Below are positions 19,240 through 28,642 of a DNA stretch of 64,000 nucleotides, in pieces. The translations under genes were made by a program, and so were the position numbers. Within the stretch, counting starts at the first letter, position 1; each line of letters starts with the position of its first letter. Location: assembly GCA_963845535.1 (NCBI GenBank), contig CAWJSK010000004.1, forward strand, positions 96,001 to 160,000, in the 5' to 3' direction. The notes beneath the pieces were generated by a model. That model had not been told where the DNA came from. It saw only the letters and a program-made list of their open reading frames with translations, and searched no databases. The DNA is from an uncultured Spirochaetota bacterium. Lineage in GTDB: Bacteria; Spirochaetota; Spirochaetia; SZUA-6; Fen-1364.

Positions 19240-20226
19240 ATGAGCGGTTCAACCGGTCGAAACCCCCTCCGAGCGCCCGGCGGCTTCACCGTCCTGTTCC
19301 TCTGCATTGCGCTTCTTGTTTCGGTGAGCATTGGCCATTCCGCCGTCCGTGACGTGGTTCGCATCCGGATCCTGGCGCCGCAGACCACCTCGACGCTGCC
19401 GTTCCTTCAGATGGCGCAGGAACATGCGCTGGCGGACGTGGACATCCAGGTCGAGCTGTTCGCCAACCATGCACAGGCGCTCGCCCTTCTCCTTCGGGGA
19501 GACGCGGACCTGCTCTTGAGCGGCACGAGCCAGGGCTGGGAGAACAGGCTTGACGGCAGCCCCATCGTCATGATCGACACGGGAGTATGGGGGCTCGCGT
19601 CCCTTGTGGGCAGGGACCCCTCCATCAAGGGCTTCAAGGACCTCAAAGGCAAACGGCTGGCCCTTCCGTTCCCCGGATCACCCCTGGATTTCCAGACCCG
19701 CGCTCTTCTGTCCCACGAGGGGATTGATCCCGACAAGGACCTTTCCATCAGCTATGGACCGTTTCCGCAGAGTGTTGCGCGCCTGATTTCCCGACAGATC
19801 GACGCTGCCGCCCTCCCGGAGCCGCTTGCCACCTCAGTGGTGGGGAAAAACGGCCTTCTTCGCCTCAGCGAGTATTCGCGTGCGTGGGCGGCGGTGAACG
19901 GCGGAGACGGCCGCTCCCCGCAGGTGAGCCTCTTCGCCACCGAAGCCTTCGTCGCCTCTCATCGATCCCTTCTCCTCAACCTCGTGGAGGCTTGGAGGGA
20001 GTCCAGCCGCGGGATTTCCTCCAACCCCGCCGCCGCGGCCCGCGCCTTCGCCACGGCGCTCGACCTGTCACCGGGCGTCCTGGAAGAAGCCGCGCGTCGG
20101 ACGCTTTTTGACGTGCCCGACCTGGAAGAGAACGAGTCTCGCGTGCTCGACTACTACCGCCAGGTGGCGCCGTTTTTCCCCGCGGACAAACGGACGCTGG
20201 ATGCGCAATTCTTCTTTGTTCCGTAG
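19240..20226 (+). CDS. ABC transporter substrate-binding protein (NitT/TauT/SsuA type)
   Basis: Signal peptide, DLKGKRLALP, AAALPEPLA; precedes the permease/ATPase. Confidence 0.8.
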   Translation: MSGSTGRNPLRAPGGFTVLFLCIALLVSVSIGHSAVRDVVRIRILAPQTTSTLPFLQMAQEHALADVDIQVELFANHAQALALLLRGDADLLLSGTSQGWENRLDGSPIVMIDTGVWGLASLVGRDPSIKGFKDLKGKRLALPFPGSPLDFQTRALLSHEGIDPDKDLSISYGPFPQSVARLISRQIDAAALPEPLATSVVGKNGLLRLSEYSRAWAAVNGGDGRSPQVSLFATEAFVASHRSLLLNLVEAWRESSRGISSNPAAAARAFATALDLSPGVLEEAARRTLFDVPDLEENESRVLDYYRQVAPFFPADKRTLDAQFFFVP

Positions 20227-21706
20227 GTCCTCGCATCCTCTCGCGGCATCCGCTGGCGTGGGCGGCTTGCTCGCGGCGTGGGCGGCCGCGAGCCTGGCGG
20301 CCGGCTCGTACTTCATCCCCGCCCCGTGGACCTCAGCCGCAGATACGGTTCTCCTCCTTGCCGGCCGTTTCACGTGGGTGCAGATCCTCATCACGCTCGG
20401 CAGGGTCGGCATCGGCTTTTGCATTGGCTTCACCGCGGGCCTGGCCGTGGGCCTCGCCTCCGGCAGCCGTCCGAGCCTGGGGGCGTTCTTTCGGCCCATC
20501 GTGCAGTTCTTCCAGGGCATGCCGCCGCTTCTGTGGGCAATCCCGCTCGTTGCCTTGATGGGAATCGGCCATCTTCCGGCAATCACGGTGATCAGCCTCA
20601 TTACGTTCCCGCTCGTTGCGGTCACCGTTGGGGAAGGCATGACCACGCTGCCCCGATCCTACCGGGAAATGCTTTCCGTTTTCGCCCCCGGGTTTCTCCC
20701 GCGGATGAGAGAGCTGGTCCTGCCGCACCTGCGCCCCTTTCTGGCGGCTTCGGTGAAAGCGGGGCTTGTCCTGGCGGTCAAGGCGTCCGTCACGGCGGAA
20801 TACTTCGGCGCCAACAACGGCATCGGCTTTCAGATCCAGTCCGCGTACATGGCGCTTCGGATTCGGAGCCTCTTCGCCTGGGCCATCATCCTCATCCTGG
20901 TGATCATCGCCTTCCCATACATCCTGCGGCTTGTCGGGCAATTCTGGCTCCTTGCAAACCGGTTCGCCGGCGGACGGCGTCCGATGATACGGCTGAGCCC
21001 TCCGGCGGAGAAAGAGCAGCTCAGCGGGAGGCGTTTGCCGGCGCAGTGGATTCGGCTGCGGCGGGTCGCCTTCTCCTGGAGAGATAGCGGCGCGCTGCTT
21101 GAAGATGTCAGCCTCGACGTCCAGCCGGGCGAGATCGCGGTGATCAGCGGTGATTCCGGCATCGGCAAAACCACGCTTCTTCTCCTGATAGCCGGGCTGC
21201 TGACCCCGGAAAGCGGCTCGGTATCCCGCCCCGCGAGAATAGGGTTCGTGTTCCAGGACGACAGGCTCCTGCCCTGGAGAAGCGTGATTGAGAATACGGC
21301 TCTTCCTCTCCGCTACTCTGGGCATCACCGCGACGAGGCGCGCGGGATGGCGCGGACACTCCTGACGGAGGTCGGGCTGGCGGAGGCGGAAGAAAAGAGG
21401 CCCGGGGAGCTTTCGGGTGGAATGAAAAAGCGCGCTGCCCTTGCCCGTTGCTTTGCCAGGGCCCCTGATGTAATCCTCATGGATGAGCCTTTCAGCGGGC
21501 TTCACGCCGAGGCCAGAAGAAGCCTCTGGGCCCTTTTCCTGCGGCTTCTTTCGCGTCACCCCGTCCCGGCCGTTATCGTGACGCACCACCCGCGCGAGCT
21601 GGAAGGGGCTGCAGAGCGCGCTGTCTACAGGCTCACGGGAAAGCCCGCGCGCCTTGCGCGCGCGCGTGACACCCGCGGTCGGAGCGCGCGATTGAGAAAG
21701 GAGTGA
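20201..21706 (+). CDS. fused ABC permease + ATP-binding protein (NitT/TauT type)
   Basis: N-half TM domain (VTAEYFG..NGIG); C-half GDSGIGKTT, FVFQDDRLLPW, LSGGM, LMDEPF, VTH. Confidence 0.8.
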   Translation: MRNSSLFRRSSHPLAASAGVGGLLAAWAAASLAAGSYFIPAPWTSAADTVLLLAGRFTWVQILITLGRVGIGFCIGFTAGLAVGLASGSRPSLGAFFRPIVQFFQGMPPLLWAIPLVALMGIGHLPAITVISLITFPLVAVTVGEGMTTLPRSYREMLSVFAPGFLPRMRELVLPHLRPFLAASVKAGLVLAVKASVTAEYFGANNGIGFQIQSAYMALRIRSLFAWAIILILVIIAFPYILRLVGQFWLLANRFAGGRRPMIRLSPPAEKEQLSGRRLPAQWIRLRRVAFSWRDSGALLEDVSLDVQPGEIAVISGDSGIGKTTLLLLIAGLLTPESGSVSRPARIGFVFQDDRLLPWRSVIENTALPLRYSGHHRDEARGMARTLLTEVGLAEAEEKRPGELSGGMKKRAALARCFARAPDVILMDEPFSGLHAEARRSLWALFLRLLSRHPVPAVIVTHHPRELEGAAERAVYRLTGKPARLARARDTRGRSARLRKE

Positions 21707-21710
21707 CGAG

Positions 21711-22424
21711 ATGACGGAAAATGACAAGGCACGGTTCGAGCTGATCTACAGCAGGCACGCGGAGGAATACCACGAGCTGGTGGCGGCGGAGGACTGGCAA
21801 GGGAACCTTCCCCGAGCCCTGGCGGAGATCACGAGATTTGACGGAAAGACCGTCATAGAGTTGGGGGCCGGCACGGGACGGGTCACGATGATTCTGGCTC
21901 CGTGGGCGAAAAAAGTCCTCGCTTTCGACGCCTCCCGGCACATGCTGGACAAAGCGGCATCCAACGCGCAGAGCCGTGGCCTCGCCAACGTCACCCTTGC
22001 CGTTGCGGACAGCAGGAGCGTCCCCTTGCCGGATGCGAGCGCGGAGATCGTGATCGAGGGATGGAGCTTCGGACATGCCATTTCTTCCGAACAGGGCCAT
22101 TGGCGAAACGCGGCTGATGCGCTGATTTCAGAGAGCACTCGACTTCTGAAGCCAGGCGGCACGCTCATCATTCTGGAGACGCTGGGCACGGGATTTCGCA
22201 TGCCGGCGGCGCCCGGGTCCGTCCTTCCCCTGTTCTACGGATACCTGGAAAAGCAGCTTGGGTTTGCGACCCGGTGGGTCCGCACCGATTATCGTTTCCC
22301 TTCCCTCGCTGAGGCCAGACGGCTCGTGGAGCTCTTCTTCGGCCAGATGGTGGACTATGATCTTGTGGCAGGACGGCAGGTGATCGTTCCCGAGTGCACG
22401 GGGATATGGTGGAAAGCACGTTGA
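21711..22424 (+). CDS. class I SAM-dependent methyltransferase
   Basis: IELGAGTGR, AFDAS, LKPGG. Confidence 0.85.
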   Translation: MTENDKARFELIYSRHAEEYHELVAAEDWQGNLPRALAEITRFDGKTVIELGAGTGRVTMILAPWAKKVLAFDASRHMLDKAASNAQSRGLANVTLAVADSRSVPLPDASAEIVIEGWSFGHAISSEQGHWRNAADALISESTRLLKPGGTLIILETLGTGFRMPAAPGSVLPLFYGYLEKQLGFATRWVRTDYRFPSLAEARRLVELFFGQMVDYDLVAGRQVIVPECTGIWWKAR

Positions 22425-22504
22425 CGGCGCCCGCCCCGTGAGAGAGAATGTGCGCAGAACGTGTCCTTGAGAGAATGTCCCCTTGAAAATGAAAGGATGG
22501 AAAA

Positions 22505-22918
22505 ATGAGCAGGTCGATCGAACAGGAAAACTCGTTCCTTCAGGTTCTTCTGAAGCTGATCCCCAGCGAGGTGATTGCCGTTTTCATCTTCATCCAGGGA
22601 GTAATGCCTGCCGAGCTCCTGCCGCACCTCGTGGTGGCCGTGCTGCTTGTTGCCATCACGCCCGTATACCTGAACCGGGCTTCCGGCGTGACCTCCCGGG
22701 CCCAGCTCATCGTTTCGACTCTTTCCCTGGTTGTCTGGATCTATGCCATAGGCACCGGCCCGCTGCGCTTCATCAGGCCGCCCTACTATGAACCATGGCA
22801 TGGCGCGGTTGCCCTGGCCGTATGGACCCTGGTCCCGCCCATCTTCCTCACCCCGGGCGAGGCGCCGAACGCGCTGCGGAAGAGAGCGCCCGCGCCACGC
22901 GCTCGAGCGCGTCGCTGA
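22505..22918 (+). CDS. hypothetical membrane protein
   Basis: About four hydrophobic segments, purine-rich RBS. Confidence 0.7.
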   Translation: MSRSIEQENSFLQVLLKLIPSEVIAVFIFIQGVMPAELLPHLVVAVLLVAITPVYLNRASGVTSRAQLIVSTLSLVVWIYAIGTGPLRFIRPPYYEPWHGAVALAVWTLVPPIFLTPGEAPNALRKRAPAPRARARR

Positions 22919-24050
22919 GGATTGCGCGCGGGCAGGCAACGTTCAGGCGCTGGAAGCCCTGCCCTCCCCGGCCGAACTTGCGCCCTTCGTCCAGCCACAC
23001 CCCTCCCGTGCGCCGCAGCCTGTCCAGAAGCTCGTCATCGGTGAGCCCCAGGCCTCTCAGGTCCATGAGCGGCAGGTACGTTCCTTCCAAGGGAAGGACG
23101 CGTACGGTTGGAAGCCGCTCTTCGAGGAAAGAAACGGTAAACCGATAGTTCGCCTCCACATATGCAAGAAGCTCGTCGAGCCAGCTCTCCCCTTCGCGCC
23201 ATGCCGCCTCCGAGGCGGTGGCAGCGAAGGCGTTCGCCAGACCGGCAAAAACGGCGTGCTGCGTTGCATCCAGGCGCTTTCGAAGCTCAAGGCTCTCCGC
23301 GATGGCAATGGACCCGCCGAGTCCCGCGATGTTGAAAGTCTTGGTTGCAGCCACGAGCGTCACCGTGGCTTGCGAGACTTCCCGGGAAAGGGAGGCAATG
23401 GGGACGTGCTTGAAACCGGGCATGATGAGATCGAAATGAATCTCGTCGGAGACGATGATGATGCCCTTCCTGACACAGATCCCCGCCAGCCGCTCCAGCT
23501 CCTGGCGCCTCCAGACCCTGCCGACCGGGTTGTGAGGGCTGCAGAGGATCAGCATGCGCGTGCCCGCGTCGATGACCTTTTCCAGCCCCTCGAAATCGAT
23601 CTCCCACCGAGTGCCCGAGAGGACGAGCGGGTTCTCCACCACGCGCCTGCCGTTGCCCGTGATGCGCATGGCAAAAGGGTGGTAGACAGGGGGCTGAATG
23701 ATGATCCCGTCACCGGGCGACGTGAAAGCAAGGATGGCCGCGGAAAGGCAGGGGATGACGCCAGGGGAAGCAAGCATCCAGTCGCGTTCCACGTTCCATG
23801 TGTGTCGCTTCCTCATCCACTGCCGGGCGGCCTGAAAGTACGACTCAGGCTCCACGGTATACCCGTAGATGCCATGCTCGAGCCGGCGGGCCATGGGCTC
23901 CCGGATTTCCGGAGGGGCCTCGAAATCCATGTCCGCGACCCACAGCGGGAGGAGCCCGTCCATGCCGGTCAGCCTCACGCTCGAGTCCCACTTGAGAGAG
24001 GCTGTTCCGCGCCTCTCGATGATGCGGTCGAAATTGTAACGCGCGCTCAT
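22848..24050 (-). CDS. patB: MalY/PatB-family PLP-dependent cystathionine beta-lyase
   Basis: LPLWVADMDF, CSPHNPVGRVW, SDEIH, TKTFNIAG, RLNVACP. Confidence 0.9.
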   Translation of the reverse strand: MSARYNFDRIIERRGTASLKWDSSVRLTGMDGLLPLWVADMDFEAPPEIREPMARRLEHGIYGYTVEPESYFQAARQWMRKRHTWNVERDWMLASPGVIPCLSAAILAFTSPGDGIIIQPPVYHPFAMRITGNGRRVVENPLVLSGTRWEIDFEGLEKVIDAGTRMLILCSPHNPVGRVWRRQELERLAGICVRKGIIIVSDEIHFDLIMPGFKHVPIASLSREVSQATVTLVAATKTFNIAGLGGSIAIAESLELRKRLDATQHAVFAGLANAFAATASEAAWREGESWLDELLAYVEANYRFTVSFLEERLPTVRVLPLEGTYLPLMDLRGLGLTDDELLDRLRRTGGVWLDEGRKFGRGGQGFQRLNVACPRAILSDALERVARALSSAARSAPRPG

Positions 24051-24051
24051 A

Positions 24052-25989
24052 TCACGACAGGGATTTGACCTCGAGGCTTCGAACCATGTACAGCTCGATG
24101 TAGTCCTTCAAGATCTCACGCTTCTTGATCTTCTCCAGGCTCTTGCTCGTGGAAAGCTGCTCAGCGAGCGCATGGATCCTTTTGATGTCGGGAGGCTGGA
24201 TGAGGAAGGAGCGTCGGATGGGGCGGAGGAAGTCCCGCACCAATGCGTTCACGTCTTCCACGAGGTTCTTCTTTGCGCGGGTGTCGTAGAGGGGATTCCA
24301 CTTCTCGGCAAGCTCCTCGAGGGTCACGTCAATTGTCTTCCCGGAGGGCACATAGTGCGAGATCAGGGCCTGGATGCTCCTCTTGTACTGGATCAGGTTT
24401 GTCTTTTGGCCCTTTTCCTTTCCTCCGCCGGCCGCTTTCTCTTCGACGGCAGGTACGGGCTCCCCCAGCACGACCCGCGCGTTGGCGGCGGGCGGCGGCG
24501 CCTGCCCTTCCGCCGGCCCCGCTTTCCTGCGCCGGCCGAGCCGGCGGAAGAACCGCACAAGACCGCTGAGGAGCGGCATTGTCTGCCAGAACGGCAGGAA
24601 GAGGCGCACGTCCTTCAGAAGCTGAGTGCGGGACAGCCCCAGCAGCTCGTCGAACGGGCGCAGGATGCTTTCAACGGAAAAGCACCTCGCCACCTCGGTC
24701 CGCGCGGCAGCCGGTGTTCCGGGCAGGTCCGCGGCCAGGTAGAGGGCAGAGCCGTTTGCCAGGGCGGAGAGAAGGGGAAGGCTTTCCTTGACGCGGACCT
24801 CCACGTCCCGGCGGAACGCGGCGTCGTTTCGGGCCGCGGACGGATACGTGTCAGCCTTCAGCGCCAAAGCCCAGTCATCAAGGTAGCGTGTTCGAAGCTC
24901 TTCCGAGCCCTCCGTGAGTTTCTTCAGGAAGACGGTCACCAGGAAATCGCGCTGGATGAAATAATCCTTGTTCTGCGCGACCGCATGCACCCGGACCAGG
25001 AAGGGGAGGTCTTCATCCCCCGAGCGCTGCGTCTTTTCTTTCAGGAAGCCATGGATGAAGTCTCGGGAATGCTTCGAGATGTACGTTGTGCCTTTCTCAT
25101 CCTTCATCTCGTAGAGGTCCTGGTAGCCGAAGACATAGGGGGGTCTCCTCACGGCCCCGTCCAGTTTCTTCAAGTCCGCCGCCCGCTCCTGGTCCCTCTG
25201 CGATGCGCCTTTCATATGGAAGACGGTGTAGGCGATGATGAGCGCGGACTGACACAAGCGGTGCTCCGCGTCGGTTTTGCTCTCCTTCGTGCGGAGATCT
25301 TGAAGAAGGAGGTTCGTGAGGTGGTTCCAGAAACGGAACTGGAAATCGCTCGGGGAAAGGATCAAAGAAGCCGCCTTCCGAGGCCTGCTGGTGGCATCCT
25401 CGAGCGCCTGGCGAAGCACGAGCTCGTTCCCCCGAAGCACGGACCCGAGTTTGCTCTCCGCGTAGGAGGAGTTTTTCGGGTCCTGCAGGTGATGCGCGAT
25501 CTTTGCCGCCGCTGCCTCGATCAAGACTGTGCCGACAATGTCACGCGGCACGATCAAGGACCGTACGCCGTCGGGAAACTCGACCTTGACGATCCCCTTG
25601 CGAGGGGTCTCATCCTCGTCCAGGAGAGCCGCGAAATCCCCTTTTACGTCGACAGTGACAAGCTCATCCTCAGGCACTTTCATGGGGAGGGTGTCGAGGC
25701 TCGGGAAAGGCAGCTCGGGCTCCACGGCGAGCCGCTTGTACTCTTCCTGAAGGGCAACCTCGGAGAAGTCCGGGAACGACACGGCGCGGATCTTCCCCTC
25801 GGATGCGGAAAGGCGAAGCGCGCCCTTCTTTGCAAGACCGCTCAGCGTCGTTCCCATCTCCGTCGGGGTCATCTGCCCCTTGGGCAGCGATGCAATGAAT
25901 TGGCGCAGGTCTACGGTGGAAGTCTTGGTCCGCAAGGCGAAGTTGCGCAGCAGGGAGAGAAGATCCTCAGGCGACATATGAGCTGGCAT
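24052..25989 (-). CDS. conserved hypothetical protein, spirochaete type
   Basis: Long helical ORF with coding-like composition; KWNP...NLVEDVNALVRD C-terminal block; alternative start 25977. Confidence 0.7.
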   Translation of the reverse strand: MPAHMSPEDLLSLLRNFALRTKTSTVDLRQFIASLPKGQMTPTEMGTTLSGLAKKGALRLSASEGKIRAVSFPDFSEVALQEEYKRLAVEPELPFPSLDTLPMKVPEDELVTVDVKGDFAALLDEDETPRKGIVKVEFPDGVRSLIVPRDIVGTVLIEAAAAKIAHHLQDPKNSSYAESKLGSVLRGNELVLRQALEDATSRPRKAASLILSPSDFQFRFWNHLTNLLLQDLRTKESKTDAEHRLCQSALIIAYTVFHMKGASQRDQERAADLKKLDGAVRRPPYVFGYQDLYEMKDEKGTTYISKHSRDFIHGFLKEKTQRSGDEDLPFLVRVHAVAQNKDYFIQRDFLVTVFLKKLTEGSEELRTRYLDDWALALKADTYPSAARNDAAFRRDVEVRVKESLPLLSALANGSALYLAADLPGTPAAARTEVARCFSVESILRPFDELLGLSRTQLLKDVRLFLPFWQTMPLLSGLVRFFRRLGRRRKAGPAEGQAPPPAANARVVLGEPVPAVEEKAAGGGKEKGQKTNLIQYKRSIQALISHYVPSGKTIDVTLEELAEKWNPLYDTRAKKNLVEDVNALVRDFLRPIRRSFLIQPPDIKRIHALAEQLSTSKSLEKIKKREILKDYIELYMVRSLEVKSLS

Positions 25990-26092
25990 CTAGTGTAGTG
26001 CAACGGAATGGACATGGCAAGATGAAGGACGCGCACGGATCACGCACGGAGGAAAAGCTTGAAATGCCGGCGACTGCCGACTAAGATCGATT

Positions 26093-27352
26093 GTGAGTCG
26101 ATCAACGGTGAATGCTCTTCCCGCGCGCACGCTCCTCACGGCTTTCATTCTCTGCCTGGCTCCCGCCCTTGTTTTCGCGCAGGCGGAAAACGCGGCCCCG
26201 GCGCTATCCTGCGTGATCTTCACCATCCAGGACATGTCAGCGCGCGGTGACACCAGGGAATACGAGCAGACGATCACTGACAGCTTGTCCGCGTGGTTCC
26301 AGGTGGCGGGCTTCAGCCTCGTTGCTCCCGCCGGCACGGCGCAGGGCCCGCTGAGTGAATCTCAGGCGCTCTCGGAGGCGGCGGCGCTCGACGCCCGCTT
26401 CGCCGTAACTGGATACTACGAAATCCAGGGAGACCAGATCTACGTTGCAATCCAGGTCTGGGACGTTCCGGGCGGCCGTCTCATCACCGGGATCCAGCAG
26501 CGGGCGCATTTCAACCTCGCTTTCTACAGCGCGCTTCATGACTGGATTGCCGATATGCTTCCCGCCATCACGACCCCGGGGAGCGGCCAGCCGGCCCTGG
26601 CCGAACGGCCTCAAGCGCCATCGCAGCCGCAGCAGCAACCTCTGACTGCGCCACAGGTTCCTGAGCCGGCGAAAGTTTCTGTCATTACCTTCCTCTCGGG
26701 GGACGAAGGGATGGAGCTTTCGCTGCCGGGGGACGTCAAGATAGGAACCGTCACGAACGGGAAACTGACCTGGAGCCAGGCAGGACTGCCGGAAGGGGCC
26801 GCCTTTCGCGTGCTGAAAGAAAAGCCCGGGTACCATGCCGAATGGCAGACGGTGAGCGCGGCGGCTGAGGTCCACCTCTCCTCCCTGGCCAGGATGCACT
26901 CCAACGGCATGGAGGCTGACTGGACCTTCGGCCAGCTCGTGGGTTTGGGGGGAACGTACCGCCGCTACGTCTCGCCCGACTCTCTGTTTCTTTTCGCGGG
27001 CGGCTATTTCTTCACCCAGCCCCCGTTGTCCTCCACCGGGTATTTCGTCTATCACGCTGATGCGTCCCTTGGTTTTGGCGGCTATGTGTTTTTCCCTCCC
27101 AGCGCATACGTGCGACTGGGCCTTTCCACCGGCGTGGGCGCGGACTTCTCTCTCACCGGCGTTGGAAACTACACCGACGTCTACTGGAACCTGCTCAACT
27201 GGTGGCTGGAGACGCGGGCAGTCGGACCGATCATTTTTCTTCGGCAGGAATGGAAGTTCACGACGGGAATCGGGAACAACCTGCTGGGGATGGGCTGGAT
27301 GAATATCCAGAACATCCCGCCATTCACGCTGGGAGTGCGTTTCGAATGGTAA
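26093..27352 (+). CDS. secreted protein with predicted C-terminal beta-barrel
   Basis: Signal peptide (LVFA-Q), Pro/Gln linker, alternating aromatic/Gly strands, ends GVRFEW. Confidence 0.65.
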   Translation: MSRSTVNALPARTLLTAFILCLAPALVFAQAENAAPALSCVIFTIQDMSARGDTREYEQTITDSLSAWFQVAGFSLVAPAGTAQGPLSESQALSEAAALDARFAVTGYYEIQGDQIYVAIQVWDVPGGRLITGIQQRAHFNLAFYSALHDWIADMLPAITTPGSGQPALAERPQAPSQPQQQPLTAPQVPEPAKVSVITFLSGDEGMELSLPGDVKIGTVTNGKLTWSQAGLPEGAAFRVLKEKPGYHAEWQTVSAAAEVHLSSLARMHSNGMEADWTFGQLVGLGGTYRRYVSPDSLFLFAGGYFFTQPPLSSTGYFVYHADASLGFGGYVFFPPSAYVRLGLSTGVGADFSLTGVGNYTDVYWNLLNWWLETRAVGPIIFLRQEWKFTTGIGNNLLGMGWMNIQNIPPFTLGVRFEW

Positions 27353-28602
27353 AGACGGCGGCCCGGCTGGGCATCCTGGTGGCCGTCCTGATCTTTTGCG
27401 CGGTCTTCGCTGCGCCATCCCTAGGCGCTCAGGATCACGCTCTTTCCGCTCCGCGAAGGCTGCTCCTTCACGTCGAGCAGGCGGATGGGACGGGATATTC
27501 GCAGAACGAGCTTCTCATGATCTCGCGCTCTATCATGCTGTCCCTGCAAAACCAGGTTGGCGGCGTCATCGTCATCGAGTCTCCTGACGAACAGCTCCCT
27601 GCCTCGGGAAGTCGGATCAACGAGCTGGCACAGGCGGCAAAGGCCGACTGCTGGCTGTGGATCGGGCTCTCAAACACCGCGTCCATTCGGGCGCGGTCTT
27701 TCGACATTCTCACAAGCGAGCAGACCTTTGACCAGACCCTGGGGAGGGACGCGCGGATCTCCATCCTCGACCTGGCCTATGAAAAATGGCGGGATCTCGC
27801 ATCCCTGGTTTCGCAGAAGTACGGACCGGAGGCGGGAACGAACCACACAGCGAGCCCCGCCCCGCAATCGGAGCCCCCGCGGAGTGACGCTGTTGTGCTC
27901 ACCATCCATGCTCTTCCCGGCACCGTCATTACCGACGGCAACGGCGCCTCGGCGACAACGGGGCCGGACGGGACGGCGCAGATGAGCCTCCCTGCGCCGG
28001 CAGAGTATTCGCTTCGCGCCACGCTCACCGACTACAACGTCGTGAGAGAGGATCTCTTCCTCTCCTCCGGCCGGACGGTCGACATGGCCCAGACCCCTGC
28101 CTCTCGCTGGGCAATTGACTTTTCGATGCAGGACGTCGAGCATCCCGGCCTCGATCTGAGCCGGTTCATCGTTCCCAACCTGCTTTTCGTAAAGATCGGG
28201 CTCACCACCCGCCTGATCGGCCTTGCCTTGACCAACGACGCTGTCTTTTCGAATGATCCATTGACGAGCTTCGCGCTTCAGAGCGGCATCTATTTCAGGC
28301 CTGAGGACGTGCTTTTCCGTTTCTATGGAACGGTCGGGGCTTTCCTCAGCCTGCGTACTCCGCTGGGAGCGTTGTATCTTGATCCCCTTGCACCGGGCGG
28401 GGTCCAGATATCGCTGGGGGCGGAGATCGGCGCAACGGAGCACGGAGGTTTCTTTTTCGAATGGGAGCCCGCATTCTACTTCTCCCCGGAGCCTGACTTC
28501 CAGAGCTCGTTCGGCAACAATGGAACGGTCGGCTGGTTTTTTCCTTCCTGGGGCGCGTTCAACATTCTCACGGTGAGGATGGGCTACCGCTGGCTGATCT
28601 GA
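27346..28602 (+). CDS. secreted protein with predicted C-terminal beta-barrel
   Basis: Signal peptide (SLGA-Q), linker, beta-rich C-half, ends MGYRWLI; start overlaps the previous gene's end. Confidence 0.65.
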   Translation: MVKTAARLGILVAVLIFCAVFAAPSLGAQDHALSAPRRLLLHVEQADGTGYSQNELLMISRSIMLSLQNQVGGVIVIESPDEQLPASGSRINELAQAAKADCWLWIGLSNTASIRARSFDILTSEQTFDQTLGRDARISILDLAYEKWRDLASLVSQKYGPEAGTNHTASPAPQSEPPRSDAVVLTIHALPGTVITDGNGASATTGPDGTAQMSLPAPAEYSLRATLTDYNVVREDLFLSSGRTVDMAQTPASRWAIDFSMQDVEHPGLDLSRFIVPNLLFVKIGLTTRLIGLALTNDAVFSNDPLTSFALQSGIYFRPEDVLFRFYGTVGAFLSLRTPLGALYLDPLAPGGVQISLGAEIGATEHGGFFFEWEPAFYFSPEPDFQSSFGNNGTVGWFFPSWGAFNILTVRMGYRWLI

Positions 28603-28642
28603 GACGGAGAGGTCCCCCCGGCCGCCTTCACGCGGGCGGGCG

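Noticed and set aside
22442..22477. GAGAGAATGT direct repeat upstream of a small membrane protein gene
   Set aside because: Only two copies and no associated regulator; insufficient support
22848..22918. Convergent 3' gene overlaps (also 16942-16992, 47383-47392, 58635-58661)
   Set aside because: Common in compact high-GC genomes; no sign of function
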